A stretch of DNA of 64,000 nucleotides, from NCBI RefSeq assembly GCF_006345805.1, contig NC_043000.1:85064001-85128000 (forward strand), given 5' to 3'. The DNA comes from Octopus sinensis (taxonomy: Eukaryota). Positions 52,029-64,000 of the stretch are shown here, piece by piece (positions within the stretch are counted from its first letter, which is position 1; every line of letters starts with the position of its first letter). The translations under genes and the position numbers were made by a program. The notes beneath the pieces are model-generated. The model made no database searches. It had not been told where the DNA came from and was given only the letters and a program-made list of their open reading frames with translations.

Positions 52029-53408
52029 GAGGAGAGAGGAGAGAGAGAGGCGCGAGAGAGAGAGAGAGAGTAGAATAAGAAATAGTAAGTGCTTGGTACA
52101 GTGTTGTATATAAAAAAAATTAATAGAAATGGCTTTTCTGATAAATTTTCACTTTAATAATTAGATGTTTCTAAATTTTTACCTGTAATTTATAAATATC
52201 CAATTATTAAAGTGGAAAAAATTATCAGGAAAGCCATTTCTATTCATTTTTTTTTTTTTTTTTCATATCACACCTACCTTGAGAAGGGAAGGCAACAGGA
52301 AACTATCTCAATATTCATGCAAAGTCTAGTCAAGGAAGCCGAAGTTCCAGTAATTTACTTAACGGCAGCAGGGAAGTGCACGGGTCCTCTAAGGTCGTAT
52401 ACAGAGTACTCGAGAAGGTTCATATGAAGACGACCTGCCCAAGGCCAGACCACCACTAGAGAGAGTATTATACTTAATACACTGTTGACAGGCAAGTTAT
52501 TGTGGGGTTCTTTTTTTTCCCCTCGAAATAAAATATCTTATGGGCGTGCCATGTTTAAAAACAAAATATATTGAAGGGGGGCGAGAAATCGTCCCAGCAG
52601 CGGTCAGCAAGAACACCAGATACATTTCGGTTTTATTGAGCTTCACCATGGACGTATACTCACAGTCAATCACAAGCCTAGACGTGAGTTGTCGCCTCCA
52701 ATATAGGAAACAGTAAATAAATCATTCACAAGCTTACAAACAAGAGAATTCGAAACTTCGGATTAGAAGCCGCCACCAGACTAATGGCGACTGGTAAGCC
52801 GAAATTTCAAAGTCATTTTCAAACCATTTCTTTGAAAAGGTTAATATGTATTTTACTAAAAAGAATAAATACCTTCCAATATACTGTTAACTTTTTTATA
52901 TTTGCTTCACAACCACATGGGACTGTGTTCAATCCCACTGCGTGTCACTTCAAGCATTTTCTACTATAGGTTCGGACCGACCAAAGCCTTGTAAGACGGA
53001 AACTAAAAGAAACCCGTCGTGTGTGTGTGTGTTTACTCACAATATATGAACAGAGAAGCTGGAGGGCAAGGATTCGCTCCTTTACTCACAGTATATCGGG
53101 CACAGGTTATATATTGTGAGTAGGGACGATTGACTGCCATCTCTAGCAGGCAAGTATCCAATACCGATAAAAGGTAAAGACCCAGAAACCATGGTCTACT
53201 GGTCTTGCCAAGCAGGAGGAGAGTTATTCGCTCCCTTACTCACAAGATATCGGACACAGGTTGTGTGTCGTTAACCAGCTGAAAAAGACGTTTTCTTGGA
53301 GTCAAAATGTAGTAACATAGTTCTTTATTGAACAGCCATGTTATAGTTTCAAAAAAAAAAACGTTACCGTCTAGTATTGGAGATTTTAGAACTAGCTATT
53401 TTGCTCGT

Positions 53409-53471
<63 letters not shown>

Positions 53472-53579
53472 TCAGTTTGAATCCAAAGTTTTTTTGTATT
53501 TTAAGCTTAATTAACAGTTCAAATATATTACATAGGAAAATTGTTTATTCATAAAAATATATCCCATTATATTTTATTG

Positions 53580-53900
53580 ACCGTTACCATCGTTGTGCCA
53601 GAAGCTCAAATCCATGCTTATACCATGTGGCTGGTTGAGAGGCAAAAAGCTCCCTGCACAATGTTTTCAACCTCATCCACTTTGCTGAACTTCTGTTCCT
53701 GCAGGAAATGAGCCATGACTCGGTTAAAGGTGTGATCTGATGGTGCAAGGTCTGGATTGTGGGCAGAATGAGGCAGCATTCCCTCAAGTTAGCGCTAGGT
53801 CACATTGGTAGTGTGTACTAGAGCATTATCATACTGTAAGAGTGTGCGTCTTCGATTGACCAATGGCGAGTAGCGGGCTTTAAAAACATCATATACTTGC
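53580..53900 (-). pseudogene. mariner transposase C-terminal relic
   Basis: FASQPATWYKHGFELLAQRW resembles the F..Q...FY..GI..L..RW mariner C-terminus. Confidence 0.55.
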
Positions 53901-54866
53901 TGCAGTTGTTGCAGATCTATTTTTTTATCCCGTTACAATTCGACGTCAAAAACGAGCATCTCAAAGATTCGCCAACAATTGTTTTCAAATGTTCACATGT
54001 TATTAAGCCTGGAAATTGGTCAGTTCATGAGGAGCTTCTCGACAGCGTATGTTAACAAGGGTGACTTTCTGGAGGTGTCCATTGCTGGTGGTGAATTTTT
54101 TTTTTTTTTTTGCGCCAAAATCAGGACAGCCTCAATGTGAAAAATACTAATCAGGACCAAATATTCAGGATCGAAAATTTAAATGGATATCGATATTGCT
54201 ATTATTATAGAAAGCAATGTAAACAGTTGATAATAACAGCAACATTACTATAGGTTATTGCAGGCCTAAAACAGCATTATATAGCTATAGGATTAAAATT
54301 ATATCAATCATAAGGACGCACGAATACGTCTACCTGCTAGAGATAAGAGGTAAAACCCTCGTTCAAACCACCAAAAATAACACTGAAAATAATAACAGTT
54401 TGTCTAGTAATATCAGTTCCTTGAACCGGTTTCTGGTTTGATATAACAATCTTACCTTAATCAGCACGTATTAAGCGTTTAAAAAATTTCCCAATCCGCC
54501 ACGTTGAAATCCGCTGATGTCCTGAATTGATTCTGTTAATATTTTCAGCGTTATTTTTTATGGTTAGAACGAGGGTATTAAGTTTTATCTCTAGCAAGTA
54601 GAGGTAGCCGTGCGACCTAGCCAGTGGGAGTGGCGTCATCTAAGGCTAAAATGATGCAAAGCGCATTGTGACCAGCAATGTGTAACAACATCTGATAGTT
54701 TGGACGGTCACGTGATCACATGATCGCACACACACACATATATATATTTATATATATATATGTGTGTGTGTGTCTGTGTGTGTGTGTGCGTGTGTGTGTG
54801 TGGTGTGTGTAAAATTAAATAATAAGGGTAGAAATTGATGTTAATCAATTAAAACCAGTGGCTTAA

Positions 54867-55029
54867 CATATTTAAAAATCCGAAGATTAAAAATTGTGAA
54901 ATATACAAAATTAAGAAGAATGACCACTAAAGAGAACACCCTATATGCTAAACATAGACGTCAAATCGCCATTCATTCCTCTTAATTTTGTATGTAGCAC
55001 AATTTTTAATCTTTGGATTTTTAAATATG
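54867..55029. repeat. Hairpin with about 56-bp arms
   Basis: catatttaaaaatccgaagattaaaaattgtg...tacaaaattaaga is mirrored by tcttaattttgta...cacaatttttaatctttggatttttaaatatg. Confidence 0.85.
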
Positions 55030-55031
55030 CT

Positions 55032-55620
55032 ATTTTTCATTCCCTTCAAGAATTTATCCCTAATTAGTGGTTTGAAGTTTAGCTGTTCTTTCTAGCGTAA
55101 AGGATTCCTATGATGGAAACCTCTTAATGTGTTTAAATGTACACAGTATTTTATATGAATAATATATAGTCTATTGACTAATTTTTCTATACGCTAGGCC
55201 ACTGGTAGTAAAATTTCTAAAATCTTTATTACCCTGCTATTATTAATTATGTACAATGATTTCTGGTAGATTCGTTCGAGGAATTTGCCGGAAACTTTTT
55301 GCTGCCGACAATAAATACTGCGCTTGCGTGGTGAATTTGAAAGAAATTAAAATGTATAAGCAATGAAGCACAAGCTAGATTGGCCTCGTTATTTATATAT
55401 TTAGTCTTTGGCGTCCCTGTTGATGAAGACTTCGACTGGTAAATTATTTTATTTACTAAAATAAGTCAGAAACCATAGTCCAGGAAAGAGATGGTAAATA
55501 TTTTATTTTTCATTCCCTTCCAGAGTTTATCCCTAATTAGTGGTTTGGACTTTAGCTGTTCTGTCTAGCCTAAAAGATTCCTATGATGGAAACCTCTTGA
55601 TGTGTTTAAATGTACACTGT
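55032..55620 (+). repeat. Partial tandem repeat (about 115-bp unit at 55032 and 55506) with a hammerhead-like motif just before the second unit
   Basis: tttttcattcccttc...tgtttaaatgtacac.gtatt is duplicated. Confidence 0.85.
55416..55484 (+). ncRNA. Hammerhead-like motif
   Basis: CCTG-TTGATGA-A-GACTT...AAGTC-A-GAA-ACCATAGT-C^CAGG: 4-bp helix I, 5-bp helix II base, C3->U; the related copy at about 1778 has the perfect palindrome ACCATGGT. Confidence 0.55.
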
Positions 55621-55621
55621 A

Positions 55622-55630
55622 TTTATATAA

Positions 55631-55676
<46 letters not shown>

Positions 55677-55805
55677 TATATATATATTAATATATATATA
55701 TATACATATATATGAATATATACATACATGAATATATATCTGAATATATATATATCTGAATATATATATATGTATGAATATATATGTATGATAATATATA
55801 TATAT

Positions 55806-55870
<65 letters not shown>

Positions 55871-55897
55871 TGTAGTATATATTTGTATATAATCTGA

Positions 55898-55935
<38 letters not shown>

Positions 55936-55952
55936 ATATATATATATATATC

Positions 55953-55990
<38 letters not shown>
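55622..55990. repeat. (TA)n-rich tract
   Basis: Directly visible. Confidence 0.95.
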
Positions 55991-55992
<2 letters not shown>

Positions 55993-56083
55993 CCAAAAGG
56001 GAAACAGGGAAAAAACAAAACAAAACAACAGGAACAATTACAGTATTATTATTAATAGGCGCTCAGGAGATGGAAGCAGGGAG

Positions 56084-56118
56084 GTATGACGTTTCGAGCG
56101 GAGCTCTTCGTCGGAAAC
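56084..56118 (-). ncRNA. Minimal hammerhead-like motif in a Penelope-type tail
   Basis: Minus strand GTTT-CCGACGA-A-GAGC(TCC)GCTC-GAA-ACGT-C^ATAC; U4->C; loopless ACGT helix III. Confidence 0.5.
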
Positions 56119-56299
56119 ATAAAAGGAAGAGAGAGAAAGAAGGAGGAAAGAAAGATCCCAGAGCGGGCAACAGGGAAAGAGAAAAAAAGACGACTGGTGT
56201 TTACGAGTTGCACATGGTGGAAAGGCGGATGTTGACGATAACAAGAGCAAAGTGGGTTTTTAAGGCAAAAGAGTGGAGACAAGGTGGTAACCAACAGAT

Positions 56300-59260
56300 G
56301 TGTGTGTATGTGTGAGTGTGTGCATGTGCGTGTGTGTATGTGTGTGTGTGAGGCGAGATGAAAAAACAAAAAAAATATGTGTGTGTTAGTGTGTGCGTCT
56401 GTGTGTAGGCGTGTGAGGTAGGGCGAGACTAGTGGTCAGCTAGCAGACGAGGTCAGTACTAAGAAAAAGAAGGAAGGAGGAAGGGAGGGAGGTCAGTAAG
56501 TAAGAAAAAGAAGGAAGGAGGAAGGGAGGGAGGGGAAGGGGTGGGGGGCGTATGTAGCGTGCCAGCGTGTGTTGAGTAGTAGTGTGTGTGTGTGTCCAGT
56601 GTCGTGGTGGTATTAATGGCGAGTAGATTGATGTGTGTGTAAGAGTGATGTATATATATAGGCAAGGTGTGTATTGTGTGCGCGTGTGTGTAACGAAAAG
56701 GGGGGGGGGTTTAAGGAAAAAGGACTCCAGTGAGGGGGGAAGATGGAAGAGTGGTACCGCGGAGACAGGCGTGGGAAAACCCAACGACACGCGACGGTCC
56801 CAGGAACGGGCGGGAGGTCTCGTCAGGTCCAAGGGCGAGGTGTATGCGGCGCGTATGCAGCGCGAGCCGGCGCAAGTGCGTATGTGCGCGTGCCTGCGAG
56901 TATGCGCGTAAGTATGTATGTGTGTGGATGTGTGAGTGTGTCTGTGTGTATGTCTGGGTGGCAGTGTGTCCGATGAATGTATGTGAGTATGTGTGTATGT
57001 ATGTGTGTGCATAGATGTATGTCCGTGTGTGTGTGTGTATGTGTGTAGTGTGTATGTATGTACGTGTGGTTGTGGGGTGGGGAAGTGTGTGTATGTGCTG
57101 TGTTGTGCGCGTACATACAGGTGTGTGAGTGAGGGTGTGTGTGTGTATGTATGTGTGAGTGTGTATGTATGTGTGTGTCGGATGCATGTATGTGTATGGG
57201 TGTATGTATGCGTGTGTGTATGTATGACTGTTGTGTACGTTGCGTGTGTGTGGGTATGCGCGTAGGTGTGCGCGTGTGCATGCATGCATGCATGTGCGTA
57301 TGTGGTGTGTGTGTGTGCATGTGTGTGGTGGGTATATATGTATGTGCGGTATATGTGTGTGTATGTGCGTACATGTGTGTGTGTGTGTGTATGCATGTGT
57401 GTATGTAGGTGTGTAGGCGTGTGTGTGTATAGGTGTATGTATGTAAGTATGTGTGGGGTGTGTCCGTGTATGTGTGTGTATGTATGTGTGTGTATGTAGG
57501 TGTGTGGCGGTGTGTATATGTGTGTGTATGTAGGTGTGTGGGCGTGTGTAGTATAGGTGTATGTGTGTATGTCTGGGTGTCCGTGCATGTTTGTGTGTGT
57601 GTGTGTATGCATGTGTATGTGGGGTGTGTGTGTACGTGTGTAATGTATGTGTGTATGCGTGTGTATGCGTGCGGTGTGTGTATGTTGTAGGGCGTGTGTT
57701 GTGTGTGGGGAGTGTAGGTGTGTGTGTGCGTGTGGTGTTTATGTTGGTGTGTGCGTATGTGAGTGTGAGTGTATGGGTGTTTGTCATGCATGTGTGTGCG
57801 CGTGCAGGTGAGTGTGTGTGTAAGTATGTGTGTGTGTATGTTTGTGTGAGTGTAGTGTGTAAGTGTGTATGTCTTTGTGTATGTATGTGCGTATAGGAGT
57901 ATGTGGGTATGTGTGTATGTATGTATATGGGTGTATGTATGTATGTGTGTGTGTGTGCATGTGTATAAGTATATGTGTGTGTGCGTATGTGTGTGTATAT
58001 GTGTATGTGTGTGTGTTTATGTATGTTTGTATGTATGTGTGTGGGCGTGTGTGTGTAGATGTATGTATGTATGGGTGTGTGTCCGTGTGGTTGGTGTGTG
58101 TGTAGGTAGATGTGTGTGTGTCTGAGTGAGGGTATGGCTGTGTAGGTGTGTGTGTGTATGAATGTAAGTGTGTGTGTATACAAGTGTAATGTATGTATGT
58201 AGGTGTGTGTGGTGTGTGTATGTGTACGTGTGCGTGTGTATGTGTGTGTGTATGCGTGTGAGTGTGAGTGTATGGGTGTATGTCTGTGTGTGTGTATGTC
58301 TGAAGTAGGTATGTATGTGTATGTATGTATGTGTGTGTGTGTGTGCAGGTATGTGTGTGTATGTGTGTGTGTGAGTAGGTGTGCGTGTATGTATGTGGGT
58401 AGGGATGCATGCGAGTGGTGGGTATGTATGCATACATACGTACGCGCACATCCGAAGCAAGCCCACACGCACAAAGCGCGCGCTCACGCACACAACGCAC
58501 AAGCAGTACAACGCAAGCCCAAGGGGCCGACCAAGCCCCCAGCACGCGCCAAGGCGCGCGAGCGCAAAGGCCCTCGAACGCCCCGCTACGCGGGAACCGA
58601 GGATCCATCAGCCAAAACCGGAAAGCAGAAAAGAGGGGGGGGGCTGCCTGGATGCAAAAAGGTGTATGTGGTGTGCATTCAGTGTAAGGGTGTGCATGTG
58701 TGGCATGTATGTATGTATGTGCCTACATGTATGTTTGCATGTGTGTGTGTGAAGTATGTACGTGCGGTGTGTGTGTGTGTGTGAGTGTGTGTGTATGTAT
58801 TTGTATGTATGTGTGTGTGTATGTTGTCTGTATTCTTGTTGTTGTGGTGTGTGTGTAAGTATGTATGTGTGTGCGTATGTATGTATTGTGTGTGTATGTG
58901 CATGTTGGTTTGTATGTTAGTGTGTGCTAGTATGTCTGTAAGTGTGTGTGATTAAATGTGTGAATGTATGTACGTAAATGGGTCTGCGTATGTGTGTGTG
59001 TGAACAGGCGTGTGGGAGGTAGGTGGTGGGGGTGTGTGGGTAGGGTGGTGGGTGGGTGTGTGCGTGGGGAGGCAGGTGGGTGTGTGTGTGGGGTGGTGTG
59101 CAAAAAAAAAAAAAAAAAAAAAAAAAACAGATCTCAAGAGGAGGGGGCTGTGTTAGTCCGTGTGGGGGGTAGTTTTTGTAGGGTGAAGATGTAGCGTTGC
59201 TCCAAGTGGAGCCTGGAAAGTGGGCGACCTTGGTGGGGGGCGAGACCAAACACTGAGATG
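56300..59260. repeat. Degenerate (TG/TATG) low-complexity tract, probably error-rich sequence
   Basis: Irregular TG/TATG with scattered indels and short unassignable GC-rich patches; source of the 322-587 aa His/Thr-rich ORFs. Confidence 0.8.
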
Positions 59261-59327
59261 TCATATATATATATATATATATATGTATGTTATGTATATA
59301 TATATATATATATATAATATAGATGGC

Positions 59328-59392
59328 CAGATAACCGAAGAGATTGTGTTGTGGATTTCCACTTCGGCATCTGAAACTCAGAGTTTTATCTG
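59328..59392 (+). ncRNA. Minimal type-I hammerhead-like motif
   Basis: CAGATAA-CCGAAGA-GAT..GTGGA(TT)TCCAC..ATC-T-GAA-ACTCAGAGT-T^TTATCTG: perfect 7-bp helix I, near-palindromic helix III, U4->C. Confidence 0.55.
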
Positions 59393-59494
59393 ACTATTGA
59401 GTAAATGTAACATATTATTTTATAGATAAATTTCCTCTATTTACATAATATTGAGGTCTCTTTCTTTCTTTGTTATCTTACCGTTTTTACCACT

Positions 59495-59545
<51 letters not shown>

Positions 59546-59548
59546 ATA

Positions 59549-59640
<92 letters not shown>

Positions 59641-59807
59641 ACATATATATGTATATATATATATAGTATAATTCATATATATATATATATATATTATATA
59701 TTGGTAAAAAACGGTAAGATAACAAAAGAAGAAAGAGACCTCAATATATGTAAATAGAGAAAATTTATCTATAAAAAATATGTTACATTTACTAAAGTCA
59801 AGATAAA
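59385..59807. repeat. Inverted repeat (about 110-bp arms) around a 200-bp (TA)n core
   Basis: 59385-59495 is mirrored at 59700-59807 (ttaccgttttt.acca/tggtaaaaaacggtaa; gaggtctc/gagacctc; gtaaatgtaacata/tatgttacatttac). Confidence 0.9.
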
Positions 59808-59826
59808 TATATATATATATTATATC

Positions 59827-59859
<33 letters not shown>

Positions 59860-60255
59860 TAGATATATATAGTATATATATATATATATTATATAATATA
59901 TATATATAGATATATATATATATATATATAATATAGATATCAGATATATAATGATATATATATATTCATATATATATATATATATATAATATCTATATTC
60001 AAATATTAATTACAATAATAAAGGATAAAATCAATAACTGGTCAGGTATCCAGTTCGGAAATAAAAACATTATAGGTAAATTTTACAAATATTTCAAATA
60101 TATACATAATTATACCATGGAATTGGCTTTATGCTTCACCACGCATCGCAAGAAATAGACCTTAAAGTCCTTTTTGCCACCTTAAAATCTCCGAGAATAA
60201 CACACTATATTGTAGGCAAGCAAAAGAAAAATAATGAATCAACAAAGCTGGTTAA

Positions 60256-60316
60256 CTGTGTACGCGTTTCAAACTTAAAGTAAGAAAAATTTTACTTACT
60301 GTAATCATCAGCTCAA
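60256..60316 (-). ncRNA. Degenerate hammerhead-like motif
   Basis: Minus strand TTGAG-CTGATGA-..AGTAAG/CTTACT..-GAA-ACGCGT-A^CACAG: intact core, palindromic helix III; base of helix II irregular. Confidence 0.45.
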
Positions 60317-60940
60317 TATTCCATGTAAAGTCACGTGTATCTCAAAATATGCATAAAATAAACTGCCGAGACAATTCATATATATAATAATATTATATAT
60401 ATATATAATATATATATATTATATAGGGATAAATATTTATATAAAAGAACGTGAAATACAGGAAGGGACAAACACGGAACACAGACAACATTCGAAGCCT
60501 TCAATCTTCAGTCAGACACCGAATCATCATAGCAAATTTCGGCTGTTCAATTCTGATATTTGCTCCAACTCGGCCAGCCCAAGAAAAAAAACTAAGCTGT
60601 AAGCATTAGATTTCTTGGTAGAAGACAGGAATGTGAACGCACGAGACGGATGTAAATACGAGAGACGAAAACGAAATTGAAAACGTATTTTCCATGTAAC
60701 AGCGTCCTGATTTTCAAGTAGAAAAGATCCCCTGCTCAGAGTCTCAAGATTGCTTCAAGAAACAAAGCGTGTTTTAAAACCAGCCTAAACACATGTTTCC
60801 ACAAAAAAACAAAACAATATTGTATCTTTATACTGTGTACATTAAATGATATTTATCTCTCACTGGAGGGAGTACTTTTTTGTTGATATTACCTTAACGG
60901 AACAGTAAACTACATATGTATATATGTATGCATGTATGTG

Positions 60941-60972
<32 letters not shown>

Positions 60973-62344
60973 TGCATGTATGAATGTATGTATGTATAAG
61001 AGTTTTCCTCTTCAGTCTGTCCCATCCATACAATACATTCTAAAATGCAATATTCTTAGAACTGAATCAAGAGGTTTCTTCCTTTTACTCTGACTGACGA
61101 AATTCTTTACGTTGTATATCGATGATATTCAATGGTTTTGGAATTTAAAACACTAGTTTATTTGGGTGTCTGTCTTTAAGAATTTGTAAATTAAATCATT
61201 CAAGGCAGTATGTCTTTTCCTGAAGAATTTTCAAGCACTGTTCTCGAACATTAATTGAGTGTACCTAAATGCGGAAACTTGCTTGCTAAAATTGCCAATT
61301 ATGCAGATGGTATTAAAGTATCATTACAAGTTAAATCAACAGTAATGAGAGATTTTAGTCGGCAATTAGATCAATGAGAGAAGTTGTTTTTCAGAGTAGG
61401 CAGTAGTATATTGCTTCGTATGGAGTGGATGTGTTCGTGGGAGAAGTTAACAAGTTTAGTAATGAATGTCGCCAGTTTTCATAGTGTAATAGGTTAAAAT
61501 ACTTTAAATAATGTGCAATTAGTATTTGATTCAAAGATTACAGTCTTTCATAAATAAATATATAAATAGATATCAAAGCATTTAATAGTTACTTTTTATG
61601 TTGAGAAAAGAAAGGGTTTGTCATACTTCGCAATTATAGACGCAGACACTCAGAGTTTATCGGAACAAATTTAATATTGAAGTGATTCTAAGAGTAGATG
61701 GAAAATACGATAATAATTTTTTATCTTTTAGAGTGAAAGAGCTGCCGACGAAATATATATAGTGACTGATTGCATAGGTCACCAAAATGATTTTCAAACA
61801 TGTTTTCCAAATGCATCGTTAAGTATATAGCATCATTTAAAAACTTGCTGCAATATTTCAATAAACTATTTATTATCTTTAGAATTGTGGAATAATTGTA
61901 ATGAACCAATCTCCCTTGAGCAACATTTGGCCTGCATTAAAATTTGAAATTGCTCTCCTATAAAATCTTTATTTAAAAAAAAAACGTTCAAGTTTTAAAA
62001 CAAAAAAAATAGTGCCATATAAATTGTATATCTATGTACGAATTTGTGAAATTAGAAAGTCATTAATTTTCTCAATAGTGATGTGCTTCAAAAAGCACAG
62101 ATTCTCTAGCTACTTCCTGCAATTCCACACTCGTATAACAATAGTTCTTCAACTGTGGCGCCATATGTATACGATAATCTTGAATTTGTTGAAAATTGTT
62201 GGTATTTTTTTAAGGATCATGTTTTAAATATATATCTATAGTGGTTTCAAAATAATCCTTAAAGAAGAGAAATACAATTAGTGTTTGGGAAATGGACGTT
62301 ATGTTTGTTTTGTTTTTTAAGAGAATTTTTAAGAGAATATAGGC

Positions 62345-62745
62345 ATCGGAACGACTGTGTGGTAAGTAACTTGCTTACCAACAACAAGGTTCCGGGTTCA
62401 GTCCCACTGCGTGGCACCTTGGGTAAGTGTCTTCTACTATAGCCTCGGGCCGACCAAAGCCTTGGGAGTGGATTTGGTAGACGGAAACTGAAAGAAGCCC
62501 GTCGTATATATGTATATATATATGTGTGTATATGGTTGTGTGTCTGTGTTTGTCCCCCAACATCGCTTGACAACCGATGCTGGTGTGTTTACGACCCCAT
62601 AACTTAGCGGTTCGGCAAAAGAGACCGATAGAATAAGTACTAGGGCTTACAAAGAATAAATCCTGATGTAGATTTGCTCGACTAAAGGCGGTGCTCCAGC
62701 ATGGCCACAGTCAAATTACTGAAGCAAGTAAAAGAGTAAAAGAGA
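62345..62745 (+). mobile_element. SINE family A, near full length
   Basis: Head to tail match. Confidence 0.9.
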
Positions 62746-62799
62746 ATTTTTTTATTGTGGGAAAGAAATGTTTCGATGCAGAAAATAAAGCAAATATCT

Positions 62800-63020
62800 T
62801 ACTTTTTATCTTTTATTTGTTTCGTTCATTGGACTGCAGCAATGCTAAGGTAATGCCTTGAAGGATTTAAAGGAACGAATCGACCCCATATTACATATAT
62901 TTTTAGCCTTGTACTTATTCTATCGTTGTCTTAGCCGAACCGCTAAGTTAGGGGGTGTAAACATACCAGCACCAGACGTCGAGCGGTTGTAGAGGGACAA
63001 ATACAAACACACACACACAC
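62800..63020 (-). mobile_element. SINE family A, 3' half
   Basis: Tail-to-tail with the 62345 copy. Confidence 0.75.
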
Positions 63021-63058
63021 GCATACAAACACGAATATATATATAATATATTATATAT

Positions 63059-63109
<51 letters not shown>

Positions 63110-63294
63110 GTGGCGATGTATGTATGTGTATGTGTGTATGTGTGTGTGCATGGCTGTGTGGTAACAACCTTGCTTCCCAACCACATATATATATAACGGG
63201 AAAGTTTACGAAAATAAACAAAAGACGAAGGCAGGTGGAGTACAAACAAACAAATGTATTAGTATAGCGCTCAGGAATAAAAATAGAAAAAGTA

Positions 63295-63328
63295 TTTTAC
63301 GTTTCGAGCCTACGCTCTTCGACAGAAA
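63295..63328 (-). ncRNA. Minimal hammerhead-like motif, same family as 56084
   Basis: Minus strand TTT-CTGTCGA-A-GAGC(GTAG)GCTC-GAA-ACGT-A^AAA; A6->U; shares the gcgctcagga flank with the 56084 copy; (TA)n about 100 nt downstream. Confidence 0.45.
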
Positions 63329-63550
63329 GATACACAGAAAAAAAAACAAGAAGAGAAACAAGAAGAGAAAAAAAATGCGTGTAGATGTGTGTGTTAATAT
63401 CAATGTTAATTTATTGATGCATTTGGGCAAGTTTATGTCTGTATTATCAGACAATTGCAAAACGATACTTAAATAAAATTCAAAACTCTGAAAATCCGGT
63501 ACAATTCTTCATGGTTCAAAACGGTTGCTTACTTTTTTACTCAACCTCAT

Positions 63551-63633
<83 letters not shown>

Positions 63634-64000
63634 TACCGAAATATGAGAACTTTAACACGAAATATCTTCGTAAACATAACTTCGTAACATAAACTTCGTA
63701 AACATAAACTCAAAAACGCTAAGAGTAAAATGTGTTTTATATGACACATTCTACCAGTATACGAAGTTTGAAAGTGTTTAGTTACAAAACATTAATTTCT
63801 AAATCTGCCGGTCAAACGGTAAAGATCCGGACTTTCTGTTACTGGATCTTAATCTGTATAAGAAGTTGGAGTTTATGAATTTGATCAGTCCGAGCACTTA
63901 TTTGGTGCTTATCCAAAGGTTGGACAAGCGTCTTCTCGCCCGAAAATGAACACGCGTGCGCGCACATATATGCAGATAGAAAGAAAGAAAAACAAATAAA

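Noticed and set aside
56440-58608. ORFs of 274-587 aa (His/Thr/Tyr-rich)
   Set aside because: Translations of degenerate (CA/TACA)n in a noisy region; no domain structure
59100-59150. Poly-A plus gaggagggg resembling a sequencing primer or adapter
   Set aside because: Match too loose to claim from inspection
60480-60520. Minus-strand CTGAAGA...TTCGAATGTTGTC in a Penelope-like tail
   Set aside because: GAAAC damaged and helix I absent; at best a dead relic

Overview
Repeat-dense (intergenic or intronic) window of an AT-rich animal genome. The SINE families and microsatellite load look like Octopus/coleoid cephalopod DNA; this is inferred from sequence recognition, not from a search. I could not support any host protein-coding exon. 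The long ORFs in the track are microsatellite or low-complexity artefacts or transposon relics. Contents: (i) over 25 tRNA-derived SINE copies of at least three families; (ii) DNA-transposon relics: hAT/Buster-Charlie (one with both TIRs and an 8-bp TSD), piggyBac, Tc1, mariner, and a pogo/Tigger-like MITE; (iii) LINE fragments: L1/Tx1 RT, three R4/Dong-like restriction-like-endonuclease ends, and one 3' end; (iv) a Penelope-like GIY-YIG relic; (v) many microsatellites. The main unexplained signal is about a dozen minimal type-I hammerhead-ribozyme-like motifs with a palindromic helix III. Most lie 50-270 nt upstream of an AT-rich microsatellite, and several sit in short non-coding foldback elements with one hammerhead per arm facing outward. 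In one element the inverted arm stops within 1 nt of the predicted self-cleavage site. The folds were derived by eye, and most cores carry 1-2 deviations from consensus, so activity is untested. The region 56300-59260 looks like error-rich, unpolished long-read sequence.
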